NCBI RefSeq assembly: GCF_044324785.1
Contig: NZ_CP172127.1
Direction: 5' to 3' (one strand)
Source: Escherichia coli
Lineage (GTDB): Bacteria; Pseudomonadota; Gammaproteobacteria; Enterobacterales; Enterobacteriaceae
DNA: 64,000 nt
This document shows positions 10,730-19,575 of the stretch, one piece after another (the first letter of the stretch is position 1; each line of letters opens with the position of its first letter). The notes under the pieces were generated by a model, which saw only the letters and a list, made by a program, of their open reading frames with translations, was not told where the DNA came from and did not search any database. A program made the translations under genes and the position numbers.

Positions 10730-11620
10730 ATGGATGCAAAACAAACGCGGCAGGGCGTATTACTCGCTCTTGCCGCTTATTTTATTTGGGGTATTGCGCC
10801 AGCGTACTTCAAGCTGATTTACTACGTGCCCGCCGATGAGATCCTGACGCATCGCGTGATCTGGTCGTTTTTCTTTATGGTGGTGCTGATGAGCATCTGC
10901 CGCCAGTGGTCCTATTTAAAAACGCTGATTCAGACGCCACAGAAAATTTTTATGCTGGCAGTCTCTGCCGTGCTGATTGGTGGCAACTGGCTACTGTTTA
11001 TCTGGGCGGTGAACAATCACCATATGCTGGAAGCGAGCCTTGGTTACTTTATTAACCCGCTGGTGAACATTGTGCTGGGGATGATTTTCCTCGGCGAGCG
11101 ATTCCGCCGGATGCAATGGCTGGCGGTGATTCTGGCGATATGTGGCGTGTTGGTTCAGTTGTGGACTTTTGGTTCACTGCCGATTATCGCGCTGGGGCTG
11201 GCGTTTAGTTTTGCCTTCTACGGCCTGGTACGCAAGAAGATTGCTGTTGAAGCGCAAACCGGCATGTTAATCGAAACTATGTGGTTGCTGCCCGTGGCGG
11301 CGATTTACCTGTTTGCTATTGCCGACAGCTCAACCAGCCATATGGGGCAAAACCCGATGTCACTGAATTTACTGCTGATCGCCGCCGGGATTGTCACTAC
11401 CGTACCGCTGTTGTGTTTTACTGCGGCTGCGACACGCCTGCGTCTCTCAACGTTAGGCTTTTTTCAGTACATTGGCCCGACGCTGATGTTCCTGCTGGCT
11501 GTGACGTTTTATGGTGAAAAACCGGGTGCCGATAAGATGGTGACCTTCGCCTTTATTTGGGTGGCGCTGGCAATTTTTGTGATGGATGCGATTTATACGC
11601 AGCGTAGAACGTCCAAATAA
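10730..11620 (+). CDS. rarD: EamA-family membrane protein RarD
   Basis: 296-aa polytopic ORF MDAKQTRQGVLLALAAYFIWGIAPAYFKLIYY... Confidence 0.9.
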   Translation: MDAKQTRQGVLLALAAYFIWGIAPAYFKLIYYVPADEILTHRVIWSFFFMVVLMSICRQWSYLKTLIQTPQKIFMLAVSAVLIGGNWLLFIWAVNNHHMLEASLGYFINPLVNIVLGMIFLGERFRRMQWLAVILAICGVLVQLWTFGSLPIIALGLAFSFAFYGLVRKKIAVEAQTGMLIETMWLLPVAAIYLFAIADSSTSHMGQNPMSLNLLLIAAGIVTTVPLLCFTAAATRLRLSTLGFFQYIGPTLMFLLAVTFYGEKPGADKMVTFAFIWVALAIFVMDAIYTQRRTSK

Positions 11621-11714
11621 AAAATAAATATATTCTGAAAAAATATGCCGACTCTTGCATGAGAGTGGGCATATTGCCATGCTGACAGGAGACTCACACA
11701 AGGATGTAAAATTT

Positions 11715-12095
11715 ATGTTACGTATGTTTATCCCAACATCTAATGGTAAGATTTCCAGACGCCGTTATATATTTTCATTTATTTTAATAAATTTCATTTT
11801 TGCCTTTCTTATTATCTTTTTTAACGATGGGGAAGCAGATTTTCTTGTTATAGTCTCTACCATCGTACTCCATTATCTCGTCATCAACTTGAATTGCCAA
11901 CGACTCCGTGATAGTGGTTTCGTCTATATAAAAACTTATGTTTTTGGTACATTAGCAGTATATATCATCTCTATCATCACAATGATAGCCGAAGATTTTG
12001 CCTGTTCAGGCAATGGTTCGATGATTTTTTTGATTTGTTATTTTTCCACTTTCAGTATGCTAATGCTTGCACCTACTGATTCATCAAAACAATAG
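11715..12095 (+). CDS. yigF: Small inner membrane protein (DUF805-like RRLxDxG motif)
   Basis: 126-aa product from [20 protein letters not shown]... with two hydrophobic segments and the motif NCQRLRDSG; AT-rich; Shine-Dalgarno 'aagga' upstream of ATG 11715. Confidence 0.75.
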   Translation: MLRMFIPTSNGKISRRRYIFSFILINFIFAFLIIFFNDGEADFLVIVSTIVLHYLVINLNCQRLRDSGFVYIKTYVFGTLAVYIISIITMIAEDFACSGNGSMIFLICYFSTFSMLMLAPTDSSKQ

Positions 12096-12108
12096 TTATG
12101 GAGTATTT

Positions 12109-12489
12109 ATGAGTAAGGAATATATGAACGATGGTTCATTAAGTGAAAAATGGAAATACCGATTTAATTTTTATGATCAACATGGCTTTCCAGGATTCTG
12201 GGGGGCAACACCAGAATATAAAGCAGCATTTAAAACATTAAAAGTAAGACAACGATTAACTATTCAAATGAATTTCATTGCTTTCTTCTGTTCCTGGATC
12301 TATTTATTTGTTCTGGGATTATGGAAAAAAGCAATTATAGTTCTATTACTTGGCATTCTATCTCTATTTGTTGGTGCACTAATTGGCGTTAACATTCTGG
12401 GAATTGCCGTAGCAGCCTATGTTGCTGTTAACACGAACAAATGGTTTTATGAGAAAGAGGTAAAAGGGTTAAATACCTGGAGCCTTTGA
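12109..12489 (+). CDS. yigG: Small inner membrane protein
   Basis: 126-aa product from MSKEYMNDGSLSEKWKYRFNFYDQHGF... with two hydrophobic helices; AT-rich. Confidence 0.75.
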   Translation: MSKEYMNDGSLSEKWKYRFNFYDQHGFPGFWGATPEYKAAFKTLKVRQRLTIQMNFIAFFCSWIYLFVLGLWKKAIIVLLLGILSLFVGALIGVNILGIAVAAYVAVNTNKWFYEKEVKGLNTWSL

Positions 12490-12496
12490 ATAACAG

Positions 12497-12530
12497 GTGG
12501 CTTAGCCAGGCTAAGCCACCGCCTTCTTTT
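12497..12530 (+). terminator. Intrinsic terminator after yigG (bidirectional hairpin at the ancestral yigG/corA junction)
   Basis: Stem 'ggtggcttagcc / ggctaagccacc' followed by 'gccttctttt'. Confidence 0.65.
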
Positions 12531-12679
12531 TACAACCAGTTCTTCCGCTTAAAGTACAGATACGGTGCCAGGCCCGCGAGGATCATAAAGATAATCGCGC
12601 CAGGGTAGCCGAAACTCCACTTCAGTTCCGGCATAAACTCAAAGTTCATGCCATAGCTGGAGGCAATCCGCGTAGGAAA
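12530..12679 (-). pseudogene. corA: Displaced 3'-terminal fragment of corA (last ~48 codons, no start)
   Basis: ~150 bp that is a near copy of corA 14241..14390 (identical over the first 70 bp, a handful of mostly silent mismatches afterwards, then diverging); encodes ...[44 protein letters not shown], identical to the CorA C-terminus. The 67-aa ORF 12530..12733 is this fragment fused to unrelated upstream sequence. Confidence 0.85.
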
Positions 12680-12856
12680 AAGTTTCCTAATCGGTAAATT
12701 CAACATTTTGTTATTAACAATGAGCAAGACCAATCATTAACGACGTTCTCTTCAGAGATGTAATGAAAAAATGTGAAGTGTACTTCTTTTCTAAATATTT
12801 TTTTACCCTAGCATTTGTTCTCGAATTGATATTGAGCTTAAATATAACTAAGGCAA

Positions 12857-13711
12857 ATGCAAATGAATAACATATTACTTCCGCCAATTAATATTCCCTG
12901 TACACTTTTCGAAACTATTAGTTTATTCGATGATTTTTCTGCTGATGATATGCAATATGGTGATATGGTAGAACAAGACTTTCTCTCACTCGGCCTAAGC
13001 GATATCTCAGCAAAAGTTGATCCTTACCGACTTATTAAATACCATTTCCCTGGCCCAGGTTCTATTAATGTTGCTTTTAGTGCCTCAAGTTCCGGAACAA
13101 AAATATCACAACGTGAATGCACTGATATTTTATTTGCAGAAATGAAAGAACTAGCAAAAATGTTTTCCTTTTTTGGACAATATAAAACACTTATCGAAGA
13201 TCTGATTGAAAATTTTAGATATGGAAATGGCAGCAATTTTCATAGCCAACAATTAAATTTATCTTTTCATGAAAAAATAAATAAATATGGTTATAATAGT
13301 CCAATACGAATAATCAAAGAATGTATCGAAAATGGCATTAATTCAACTCCCTCGACAGGATACCAACCTCTTATCCTGCAAAGCATTAAAACCAAATTAC
13401 TTTCATCAAGACTAAATAAATTTAATGACTTCAAGGACAGTTTTAATGGCTTAGGAATCAGTGTTCATGATATTTCAGCTCAAAAAATATCTCTTTTAAG
13501 TTTTCAAAAATACGCTATAGGATGGAGTGCAACAATTCATTTTGTAGCACAGGACCACTTCGGTCTCGATGTAACTGATATCAAAAACAAGACTTATAGC
13601 AAATATAGATTTTTTCGCATATGGTTCTTTTTACAACGGCATAAAGACTTTGCTTTCAAACCTTTTTTCACCAATTTTAACACTATAGAAAGAATCGAAA
13701 ATTATCTATGA
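12857..13711 (+). CDS. Hypothetical 284-aa protein, no signal peptide (candidate toxin/effector or defence protein of an inserted cassette)
   Basis: Intact ORF in strongly AT-rich DNA; better Shine-Dalgarno spacing suggests the second ATG (12863, MNNILLPP...) may be the start; contains a Cys (QRECTD) and downstream His residues (SVHDIS, TIHFVAQDHFGLD); stop overlaps the start of the next ORF. Confidence 0.65.
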   Translation: MQMNNILLPPINIPCTLFETISLFDDFSADDMQYGDMVEQDFLSLGLSDISAKVDPYRLIKYHFPGPGSINVAFSASSSGTKISQRECTDILFAEMKELAKMFSFFGQYKTLIEDLIENFRYGNGSNFHSQQLNLSFHEKINKYGYNSPIRIIKECIENGINSTPSTGYQPLILQSIKTKLLSSRLNKFNDFKDSFNGLGISVHDISAQKISLLSFQKYAIGWSATIHFVAQDHFGLDVTDIKNKTYSKYRFFRIWFFLQRHKDFAFKPFFTNFNTIERIENYL

Positions 13712-14199
13712 AAAGCAAACTCCAGAAAATTATATTATGTTTATTTCTTCTATGCTGCATCTATAATTTATGGACATTGCGTCCTGTACAGATTTTGTAT
13801 ACATACTCTGATGCTGGCAATTCAGTCTTTCTGGTCGTTGATCATCTGCCATGGACTGACAGCGATAAAATAAATTGGTATCTGAAGCATCAGAATGAAA
13901 TTAAAAATCAACATCCCCTACCAGAAGGTAGTTGGCATACCTGGTATGTCATTGATATCGGTAATGGCTTCACTGACTATAAAAAATATATTGAAGGGCC
14001 GTATGAAGATCTCTACTGTTTCCCGACAATTAAGAGCAATGATAATTGCATCGTGAAAAATTACTTAATGGTTATTAATGAATACCCTTATCGTAACACT
14101 CATATTGGTATTAACGATTTTACTGAGTATCAATTAACACAAGAAAATAAAATAGAGCGAGTTTTCAATCCGCATGACTTTAAAAAAGACAATTTTTAG
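13708..14199 (+). CDS. Hypothetical 163-aa protein with N-terminal signal/anchor segment (candidate immunity or partner protein)
   Basis: MKSKLQKIILCLFLLCCIYNLWTL... hydrophobic N-terminus; start ATG overlaps the upstream stop (ATGA at 13708..13711), implying translational coupling; AT-rich. Confidence 0.65.
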   Translation: MKSKLQKIILCLFLLCCIYNLWTLRPVQILYTYSDAGNSVFLVVDHLPWTDSDKINWYLKHQNEIKNQHPLPEGSWHTWYVIDIGNGFTDYKKYIEGPYEDLYCFPTIKSNDNCIVKNYLMVINEYPYRNTHIGINDFTEYQLTQENKIERVFNPHDFKKDNF

Positions 14200-14205
14200 A
14201 AATAA

Positions 14206-14233
14206 GCCGGATAAAAAAATAGCTTTATCCGGC
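14206..14233. terminator. Hairpin between convergent cassette ORF and corA (putative bidirectional terminator)
   Basis: Inverted repeat 'gccggataaa ... tttatccggc' with an A-rich loop. Confidence 0.5.
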
Positions 14234-14240
14234 ACTCATA

Positions 14241-15191
14241 TTACAACCAGTTCTTCCGCTTAAAGTACAGATACGGTGCCAGGCCCGCGAGGATCATAAA
14301 GATAATCGCGCCTGGGTAGCCGAAACTCCACTTCAGTTCTGGCATAAACTCAAAGTTCATCCCGTAGCTGGAAGCAACCAGCGTCGGTGGCAGGAACACC
14401 ACGGATACCACCGAGAAGATTTTGATGATGCGGTTCTGCTCGATGTTGATAAAGCCCATAGCCGCCTGCATCAGGAAGTTCACCTTCTGGAACAGGGATT
14501 CGTTATGCGGCAGCAGGGATTCGATATCTCGCAGGATTTCACGCGCCTGCTCCAGTTGCCCACCCGGTAAGCGTGCTTTACGTACCAGGAAGTTGAGCGC
14601 GCGCTGGGTATCCATCAGACACAGGCGAACTTTCCAGCCGATATCTTCCAGTTCCGCCAGCGTGGAGAGCGCCTCGTCGTACTCATCGCCCTGATGCCCT
14701 TCCATAATTACCCGGCTCAACTGCTCCAGGTCGCTGTAGATATTTTCAATTTCATCTGCCAACTGTTCGATTTTGGTTTCGAACAGATCCAGCAGCAGCT
14801 CGTAGGCATTACCGTCTACCATCGACTGGCTACGGGCACGCATACGATACAGACGGAATGCAGGCAATTCACGCTCACGCAGAGTAAACAGACGACCATC
14901 ACGGATGGTAAATGCCACAGTGGAGTTACCGGCGTGATCTTCCGCATCTTCAAAGAAGAAGAAGGAGTGAATATGCAGGCCGTCATCGTCTTCAAAGAAA
15001 CGTGCCGATGCTTCGATGTCTTCCAGTTCCGGGCGGGTTGCCAGGCTCTGGCCAAGTTCAGATTGTACGCGCAGTCGCTCGTCGTCGTCCGGTTCGACAA
15101 GATCAATCCATACTGCATTTACAAGGGGTTGTGACTCTTCGACTTCCAGCCGGGTCAGTCGGTTATTTTCCAGTTGAAATGCGCTCAGCAT
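14241..15191 (-). CDS. corA: Mg2+/Co2+ transporter CorA
   Basis: Start placed at [31 protein letters not shown]... (316 aa); C-terminal GMN motif ([11 protein letters not shown]); 'cat' at 15189..15191. Confidence 0.93.
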   Translation of the reverse strand: MLSAFQLENNRLTRLEVEESQPLVNAVWIDLVEPDDDERLRVQSELGQSLATRPELEDIEASARFFEDDDGLHIHSFFFFEDAEDHAGNSTVAFTIRDGRLFTLRERELPAFRLYRMRARSQSMVDGNAYELLLDLFETKIEQLADEIENIYSDLEQLSRVIMEGHQGDEYDEALSTLAELEDIGWKVRLCLMDTQRALNFLVRKARLPGGQLEQAREILRDIESLLPHNESLFQKVNFLMQAAMGFINIEQNRIIKIFSVVSVVFLPPTLVASSYGMNFEFMPELKWSFGYPGAIIFMILAGLAPYLYFKRKNWL

Positions 15192-15560
15192 GACCGGGAC
15201 TCCCAATGCTTAAAATATCGGACAGTTCGGTGGGCACACAGAAACAAATTGGGTTTCAGACCATTAAACAGCCTGACTCAGCGCGACGGGAAAAATTGAG
15301 GTCGCTGACAACCGCTAAGGCTATCAGCAAAAAGGGATAGCCTTAGGAGTTGATCCTGGATGACAGGATAGTGAGCCAGTATCTACTGGGTGTGTCCAAG
15401 GCGAATGTCCTCTTAGAGTGATCGTGCGCGCATGTTACGCCAGCAAAATTTTGCCGTCAACACGCAACAGAACACCACAGAACAATAGTTGAACTTCGCG
15501 CTTTTTGGTACTCGTCAAGGTCGCTAACAGGATAAAAAAATCCCACATCCAGGACCTATA

Positions 15561-16325
15561 ATGGCGCATCGGCTACTCATTGGTAAAGGAATGATCACCT
15601 TGAATCTCAAACGGATTTTTCTCGCCCTCACCTTACTTCCCTTGTTTGCTGTTGCCGCTGATGATTGCGCACTCTCAGATCCGACGCTGACCGTACAGGC
15701 GTATACCGTTAATCCTCAAACAGAGCGGGTGAAAATATACTGGCAAAAAGCCAATGGCGAAGCGTGGGGAACGTTACATGCTCTGCTGGCGGATATGAAT
15801 AGTCAGGGTCAGGTGCAGATGGCGATGAACGGCGGCATCTATGATGAAAGCTATGCGCCGCTCGGTTTGTACATCGAAAACGGTCAGCAGAAGGTGGCGT
15901 TAAATCTCGCTTCAGGTGAAGGGAATTTCTTTATTCGTCCTGGCGGCGTGTTTTATGTCGCGGGAGATAAAATCGGCATCGTTCGTCTGGATGCCTTTAA
16001 AACCAGTAAAGAGATTCAGTTTGCGGTGCAGTCAGGGCCAATGTTGATGGAAAACGGCGTAATTAATCCGCGTATTCATCCCAACGTCGCCTCACGTAAA
16101 ATTCGTAACGGTGTTGGGATTAATAAACAAGGGAACGCCGTGTTTTTGTTGAGCAAGCAGGCGACAAATTTTTATGATTTTGCCTGTTATGCCAAAGCGA
16201 AACTGAACGTTGAGCAGCTGCTTTATCTTGATGGCACGATTTCACATATGTATATGAAAGGCGGGGCAATCCCGTGGCAACGCTATCCTTTTGTCACCAT
16301 GATTTCCGTCGAGCGGAAAGGTTAA
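15561..16325 (+). CDS. yigE: DUF2233-family secreted protein
   Basis: 254-aa ORF with signal peptide (…LALTLLPLFAVAADD); conserved position divergent from corA. Confidence 0.8.
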   Translation: MAHRLLIGKGMITLNLKRIFLALTLLPLFAVAADDCALSDPTLTVQAYTVNPQTERVKIYWQKANGEAWGTLHALLADMNSQGQVQMAMNGGIYDESYAPLGLYIENGQQKVALNLASGEGNFFIRPGGVFYVAGDKIGIVRLDAFKTSKEIQFAVQSGPMLMENGVINPRIHPNVASRKIRNGVGINKQGNAVFLLSKQATNFYDFACYAKAKLNVEQLLYLDGTISHMYMKGGAIPWQRYPFVTMISVERKG

Positions 16326-16407
16326 GCATTGTACACTCGAGGAGGCCAGACAAACTGGGGCTGGCTACACAGCTGGAAAATCATCAGATAAATGAAGGGA
16401 AACAAAA

Positions 16408-17310
16408 ATGAAAAAAACGCTCGCAACGTTATTTTTATTAACGTGTCTGGGATCATCATCCGCTTATGCGGATAACGCTTTGATTTTACAAACTGATTTT
16501 AGCCTGAAAGATGGTGCCGTCTCGGCGATGAAAGGGGTCGCATTCGGTGTTGACCATAATCTTAAAATATTTGATTTAACACACGAAATTCCACCGTATA
16601 ACATCTGGGAAGGCGCTTACCGCCTGTATCAGACCGCCAGTTACTGGCCGCAAGGTTCGGTATTTGTCAGTGTGGTCGATCCTGGTGTTGGTACAGACCG
16701 TAAATCGGTAGTGCTGAAAACCAAAAACGGTCAATACTTCGTTTCACCAGATAACGGTACGCTCACTTTGGTGGCACAAACTCTGGGTATTGATAGCGTC
16801 CGGGAAATCGACGAAAAAGCTAACCGCCTGAAAGGTTCTGAAAAGTCATATACCTTCCACGGTCGTGACGTGTATGCCTACACCGGTGCGCGTCTGGCTT
16901 CCGGGGCGATTACGTTCGAACAGGTGGGGCCAGAGCTTCCTGCAAAAGTTGTCGAACTTTCTTATCAGAAAGCAAAAGCAACAAAAGGTGAAGTGAAGGG
17001 CAATATCCCGATTCTCGATATTCAGTACGGCAACGTCTGGAGCAATATCAGCGACGAGTTGCTGAATCAGGCAGGAATCAAACTCAACGACACGTTGTGT
17101 GTGACCATTTCCGAAGGTTCCCAGCAAAAATACGCAGGGAAAATGCCGTATGTCGCAAGCTTCGGCGATGTGCCGGAAGGCCAGCCGATGGTGTATCTGA
17201 ACAGCTTGTTGAATGTTTCCGTGGCGCTGAATATGGATAATTTTGCGCAGAAACATCAGGTTGCGTCTGGTGCTGACTGGAATATTGATGTGAAGAAGTG
17301 CGCTAAGTAA
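16408..17310 (+). CDS. SAM hydroxide adenosyltransferase (DUF62) family protein with N-terminal signal peptide
   Basis: 300-aa ORF; signal peptide MKKTLATLFLLTCLGSSSAYA; then LILQTDFSLKDGAVSAMKGVAFGVD...THEIPPYNI...VSVVDPGVGTDRKSVVLKTKNGQYFVSPDNGTL, which matches the DUF62 N-domain pattern as I remember it. Confidence 0.7.
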   Translation: MKKTLATLFLLTCLGSSSAYADNALILQTDFSLKDGAVSAMKGVAFGVDHNLKIFDLTHEIPPYNIWEGAYRLYQTASYWPQGSVFVSVVDPGVGTDRKSVVLKTKNGQYFVSPDNGTLTLVAQTLGIDSVREIDEKANRLKGSEKSYTFHGRDVYAYTGARLASGAITFEQVGPELPAKVVELSYQKAKATKGEVKGNIPILDIQYGNVWSNISDELLNQAGIKLNDTLCVTISEGSQQKYAGKMPYVASFGDVPEGQPMVYLNSLLNVSVALNMDNFAQKHQVASGADWNIDVKKCAK

Positions 17311-17319
17311 GGTGCTGAT

Positions 17320-17350
17320 GCGGAATGCGGTGTGGCGCACCGCATTCCGC
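17320..17350. terminator. Perfect 31-bp palindrome between convergent 16408..17310 gene and uvrD
   Basis: 'gcggaatgcggtg tggcg caccgcattccgc'; no clear U-run, so could be a terminator or a REP-like structural element. Confidence 0.4.
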
Positions 17351-17354
17351 AACG

Positions 17355-19517
17355 TCACACCGTCTCCAACCGGGCGTAAGCCGCCACCAGCCATTTAATA
17401 CCCTGGCCCTGGAACGCCACCTGCAAACGGCTATGCTCACCGCTGCCTTCCATATTGACGATGGTGCCTTCACCAAACTTAGCGTGGCGTACGCGCTGGC
17501 CGAGCTTGTAGCCGCTGTCGTTCTCGACCATCGGCGTACCCATCCGTTGATGGCTGACCGGGCGGCTTACCGTGGCGCGCAGGCGCACCTCTTCCACACA
17601 CTCTTCCGGCAACTCACCGATAAAGCGCGACGGGCGATGGTAAACCTCTTTGCCATACAGACGGCGGGTTTCCGCGTAGGTCAGCGTCAGTTTCTGCATC
17701 GCGCGGGTTACGCCAACGTAGGCCAGACGGCGTTCTTCTTCCAGACGTCCGCCTTCATCCAGCGACATCTGACTTGGGAACATACCCTCTTCCATACCGA
17801 CGATAAACACCTGCGGGAACTCCAGCCCTTTCGCCGAGTGTAGCGTCATCAACTGCACCGCGTCCTGCCAGGTATCCGCCTGCCCTTCACCTGCTTCCAG
17901 TGCCGCATGGGAGAGGAACGCCTGCAGCGGCATTAAATCTTCGTCTTCTTCGTTGTAGCTGAACTGGCGCGTCGCCGTCACCAGTTCCTCCAGGTTTTCG
18001 ATACGCGTCTGACCTTTTTCGCCCTTCTCCTGCTCGTACATGGTGCGCAAGCCGGAGTCTTTAATTACCCGGTCAGTCTGTACATGCAGCGGCATATCGG
18101 CAGTTTCCTGCGCTAAGGCGTCGATCAGTTCCATAAACCGTTGCAAGGCACTGGCAGCACGTCCGGCGAGGGCTTTTTCCTGCAACAGTTCACGACATGC
18201 CTGCCAGAGTGTTAACTGACGATCGCGCGATGTCTGACGTACCACGTCCAGCGTCCGGTCACCAATACCCCGCGTTGGCGTATTCACCACGCGCTCAAAC
18301 GCCGCGTCGTCGTTGCGGTTGGCAATCAGGCGCAGATACGAGAGCGCGTCTTTGATTTCCTGGCGTTCGAAGAAGCGCATCCCGCCGTAAATACGGTACG
18401 GCATACTCGCCTGCAACAGTGCTTCTTCCAGCACACGCGACTGGGCGTTACTGCGGTAGAGAATGGCGCACTCGGCGAGCGCCCCGCCGTTGTCCTGCCA
18501 GGTCTTGATACGGTTAACCACAAAACGCGCTTCGTCGAGTTCGTTAAAAGCGCAATAGAGGGAAATCGGCTCACCGTCCGCGCCATCGGTCCACAGTTTT
18601 TTACCCAGACGCCCGTTGTTGTTTTCAATCAGGGCGTTAGCGGCGCTCAGAATATTGCTGGTAGAGCGGTAGTTTTGCTCCAGACGAATAGTTTCGGCAC
18701 CGGGGAAATCATTAAGGAAACGCTGAATATTCTCCACCTGCGCCCCGCGCCAGCCGTAGATTGACTGGTCGTCATCGCCAACGATCATCACTTTGCCGGT
18801 GTCGCCCGCCAGCAGGCGGATCCACGCGTACTGAATGTTGTTGGTATCCTGGAATTCGTCCACCAGGATGTTAGTAAAACGTTCGCGGTAGTGTTGCAGG
18901 ATATGCGGCTTGTTAAGCCACAACTCGTGAGCACGTAGCAGCAGCTCGGCGAAGTCCACCAGGCCCGCGCGGTCACACGCTTCCTGATACGCCTGATACA
19001 CCTTCTGCCAGGTCTGCTCCACCGGATTACCGTAGCTTTGAATATGATGTGGACGCAGGCCTTCATCTTTCTGGCTGTTGATGTACCACATTGCCTGGCG
19101 CGGCGGCCACTGCTTCTCGTCGAGGTTCATCGCCTTGATTAGGCGTTTGAGCAGGCGTAGCTGGTCCTCGCTGTCGAGGATCTGAAAATCCTGCGGCAGA
19201 TTGGCGTCCATATGGTGCGCACGCAGCAGACGGTGCGCCAGCCCGTGGAAGGTGCCGACCCACATGCCGCCCTGGCTGGTGCCCATCAGCTGCCCGATAC
19301 GATGACGCATCTCCGCCGCCGCTTTGTTGGTAAACGTTACCGCCATAATCGAGTATGGCGAGCAGTTTTCCACGCTCATCAGCCAGGCGATACGATGCAC
19401 CAATACGCGCGTCTTACCACTGCCCGCGCCCGCCAGCACCAGAAGGTTGCTGCGTGGCGCGGCCACCGCTTCGCGCTGTTTGTCATTAAGGCTGTCGAGC
19501 AGGTAAGAAACGTCCAT
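17355..19517 (-). CDS. uvrD: DNA helicase II (UvrD)
   Basis: The ORF extends to 19703, but the start is placed at [38 protein letters not shown]... (720 aa); 'cat' at 19515..19517; SF1 helicase motifs. Confidence 0.93.
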   Translation of the reverse strand: MDVSYLLDSLNDKQREAVAAPRSNLLVLAGAGSGKTRVLVHRIAWLMSVENCSPYSIMAVTFTNKAAAEMRHRIGQLMGTSQGGMWVGTFHGLAHRLLRAHHMDANLPQDFQILDSEDQLRLLKRLIKAMNLDEKQWPPRQAMWYINSQKDEGLRPHHIQSYGNPVEQTWQKVYQAYQEACDRAGLVDFAELLLRAHELWLNKPHILQHYRERFTNILVDEFQDTNNIQYAWIRLLAGDTGKVMIVGDDDQSIYGWRGAQVENIQRFLNDFPGAETIRLEQNYRSTSNILSAANALIENNNGRLGKKLWTDGADGEPISLYCAFNELDEARFVVNRIKTWQDNGGALAECAILYRSNAQSRVLEEALLQASMPYRIYGGMRFFERQEIKDALSYLRLIANRNDDAAFERVVNTPTRGIGDRTLDVVRQTSRDRQLTLWQACRELLQEKALAGRAASALQRFMELIDALAQETADMPLHVQTDRVIKDSGLRTMYEQEKGEKGQTRIENLEELVTATRQFSYNEEDEDLMPLQAFLSHAALEAGEGQADTWQDAVQLMTLHSAKGLEFPQVFIVGMEEGMFPSQMSLDEGGRLEEERRLAYVGVTRAMQKLTLTYAETRRLYGKEVYHRPSRFIGELPEECVEEVRLRATVSRPVSHQRMGTPMVENDSGYKLGQRVRHAKFGEGTIVNMEGSGEHSRLQVAFQGQGIKWLVAAYARLETV

Positions 19518-19575
19518 TGGCACCGCCGCGTAAAAATAGGTTGGGCGGAGAAGCGCAACGCCCTCCGCCAAAAAG

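Noticed and set aside
12530-12733. 67-aa ORF as a real small protein gene
   Set aside because: Its C-terminal two-thirds are the duplicated CorA terminus and its N-terminal part is unrelated read-through; best explained as a corA 3' remnant (pseudogene), not an independent gene.
11621-14240. Recognisable mobile element (IS, transposon or prophage) responsible for the corA-proximal insertion
   Set aside because: No transposase, integrase or terminal inverted repeats were found in or near the cassette; only the corA-derived direct repeat is present, so no mobile_element feature is called.
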